A stretch of 63,639 bases of DNA, filler included, from Octopus bimaculoides (Eukaryota), in assembly GCF_001194135.2 (NCBI RefSeq). It is 7 parts of 5 records of this genome, joined end to end, with 100 filler letters (N's around TTAATTAATTAA, not from the genome) between each part and the next. Parts side by side here need not be neighbours in the genome. Positions count along the whole stretch, not along the records: positions 61,243 to 63,639 come from NC_069006.1; 6 more parts are not named here. One strand, given 5' to 3'. Position numbers and translations under genes: made by a program. The notes below the pieces were generated by a model that was not told the origin of the DNA, ran no database searches, and was given only the letters and a program-made list of their open reading frames with translations. This document shows, piece by piece, positions 62,692 through 63,639 of the stretch (positions are counted from its first letter, which is position 1; the number at the start of each line of letters is the position of its first letter).

Positions 62692-63639
62692 CATGGATGA
62701 GATCCAAATGTTCTTCGTATAGAATACATTTAGTAGTGCTCGAGAGATTTAAACTTGATCGGGTTTAGAAATAAATGTAGGAATAAGCAAGTTAGATGGA
62801 TCAATATATAAAGGTATGTTAAATAGATGAAATACAAAAATATTTAGATATGTATACAGAATAGAAATGATATAGAGAACGAAAGGGGTTGAGGAAAAGT
62901 ATTACATTTGTATTCTGTGCAAGTCAGACGTTTTTATATGTATATATACATGTTTTGTATTTCAAGTATTTAATATACTTTATACATTGATCCGTTTAAC
63001 TTGCTTATTCATTTAACTTGCTTATACATTTATTTCTATATACAACTTCATAGTCCTGATTCATTTTGTGACAAAATGATTATCTCCCTGTAATAGCTAT
63101 TATATGATAAAATGAGAAGGATACAAAGAGTGTTAGTGCGAGGGAAATGTAGTAGTAAGGTGAGTGTGACTGATATCAGGGAAGGGGAGGACAGCGTTGT
63201 GTAAGCGACAAGTATGGAGTGGCAATTGGATGAAAACGTTAATATAGCTCTGTGTGTGTGTCACATCCTATAACTATCTGTCTCTCTACTTTTGTTGGGT
63301 CTTCCCTGTTGCTGTCACATATTGTGAAATTTTAAAATTACGTCAAGATCTTCAAATTTGGTATTTTGAAATAAATTTCTACGTTAAATCCGATTTGTTA
63401 TTTATTTGTTCCAGAAAAATTGCAGAAAAATCTTACTGAGGTTTAAAGCTTAATTAATTTTACCTAATCAGAAAACAGGATTTGGAAGCTGGTATTTTCT
63501 GCATGATAGCTGTCTTTCACAAAATGTAAGCAAAATCATTACGAGGAGGAATTTTTATTAAACAAACTAAAGCGAAACTTTACGACGAAGTTTTAATAAG
63601 TTTTAATGGATAAAGTCATGTGAAACGGTCGAACAGACA

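Overview
Repeat-dense, gappy (many N-runs) AT-rich animal genomic DNA. The SINE families, microsatellite load and LINE repertoire resemble an octopus (coleoid cephalopod) draft assembly; this is inference from recognised repeat sequence, not a database hit. No complete protein-coding gene is evident. Most sequence is decayed transposons: RTE-clade LINEs (one near full length, 1130-4860), RLE/R4-like and CR1-like LINE ends, Penelope-like (GIY-YIG) fragments, Helitrons, Tc1/mariner pieces, MITEs and three abundant tRNA-derived SINE families. A few minus-strand candidate exons and a TATA/Inr promoter near 35.3-35.7 kb suggest a host gene with long introns. The most unusual signal is a set of Penelope-type minimal hammerhead ribozyme (HHR) motifs. 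(i) A ~290-nt tRNA-headed SINE carries an HHR in its 3' half and is inserted twice as a TSD-flanked fold-back joined at the same head nucleotide (1958-2498, 13001-13285). (ii) A stand-alone HHR has every core nucleotide intact (47801-47899). (iii) Two unrelated motifs share a non-canonical CUGUUGA core (42550-42587, 44550-44633). Folds were read by eye; activity is untested.
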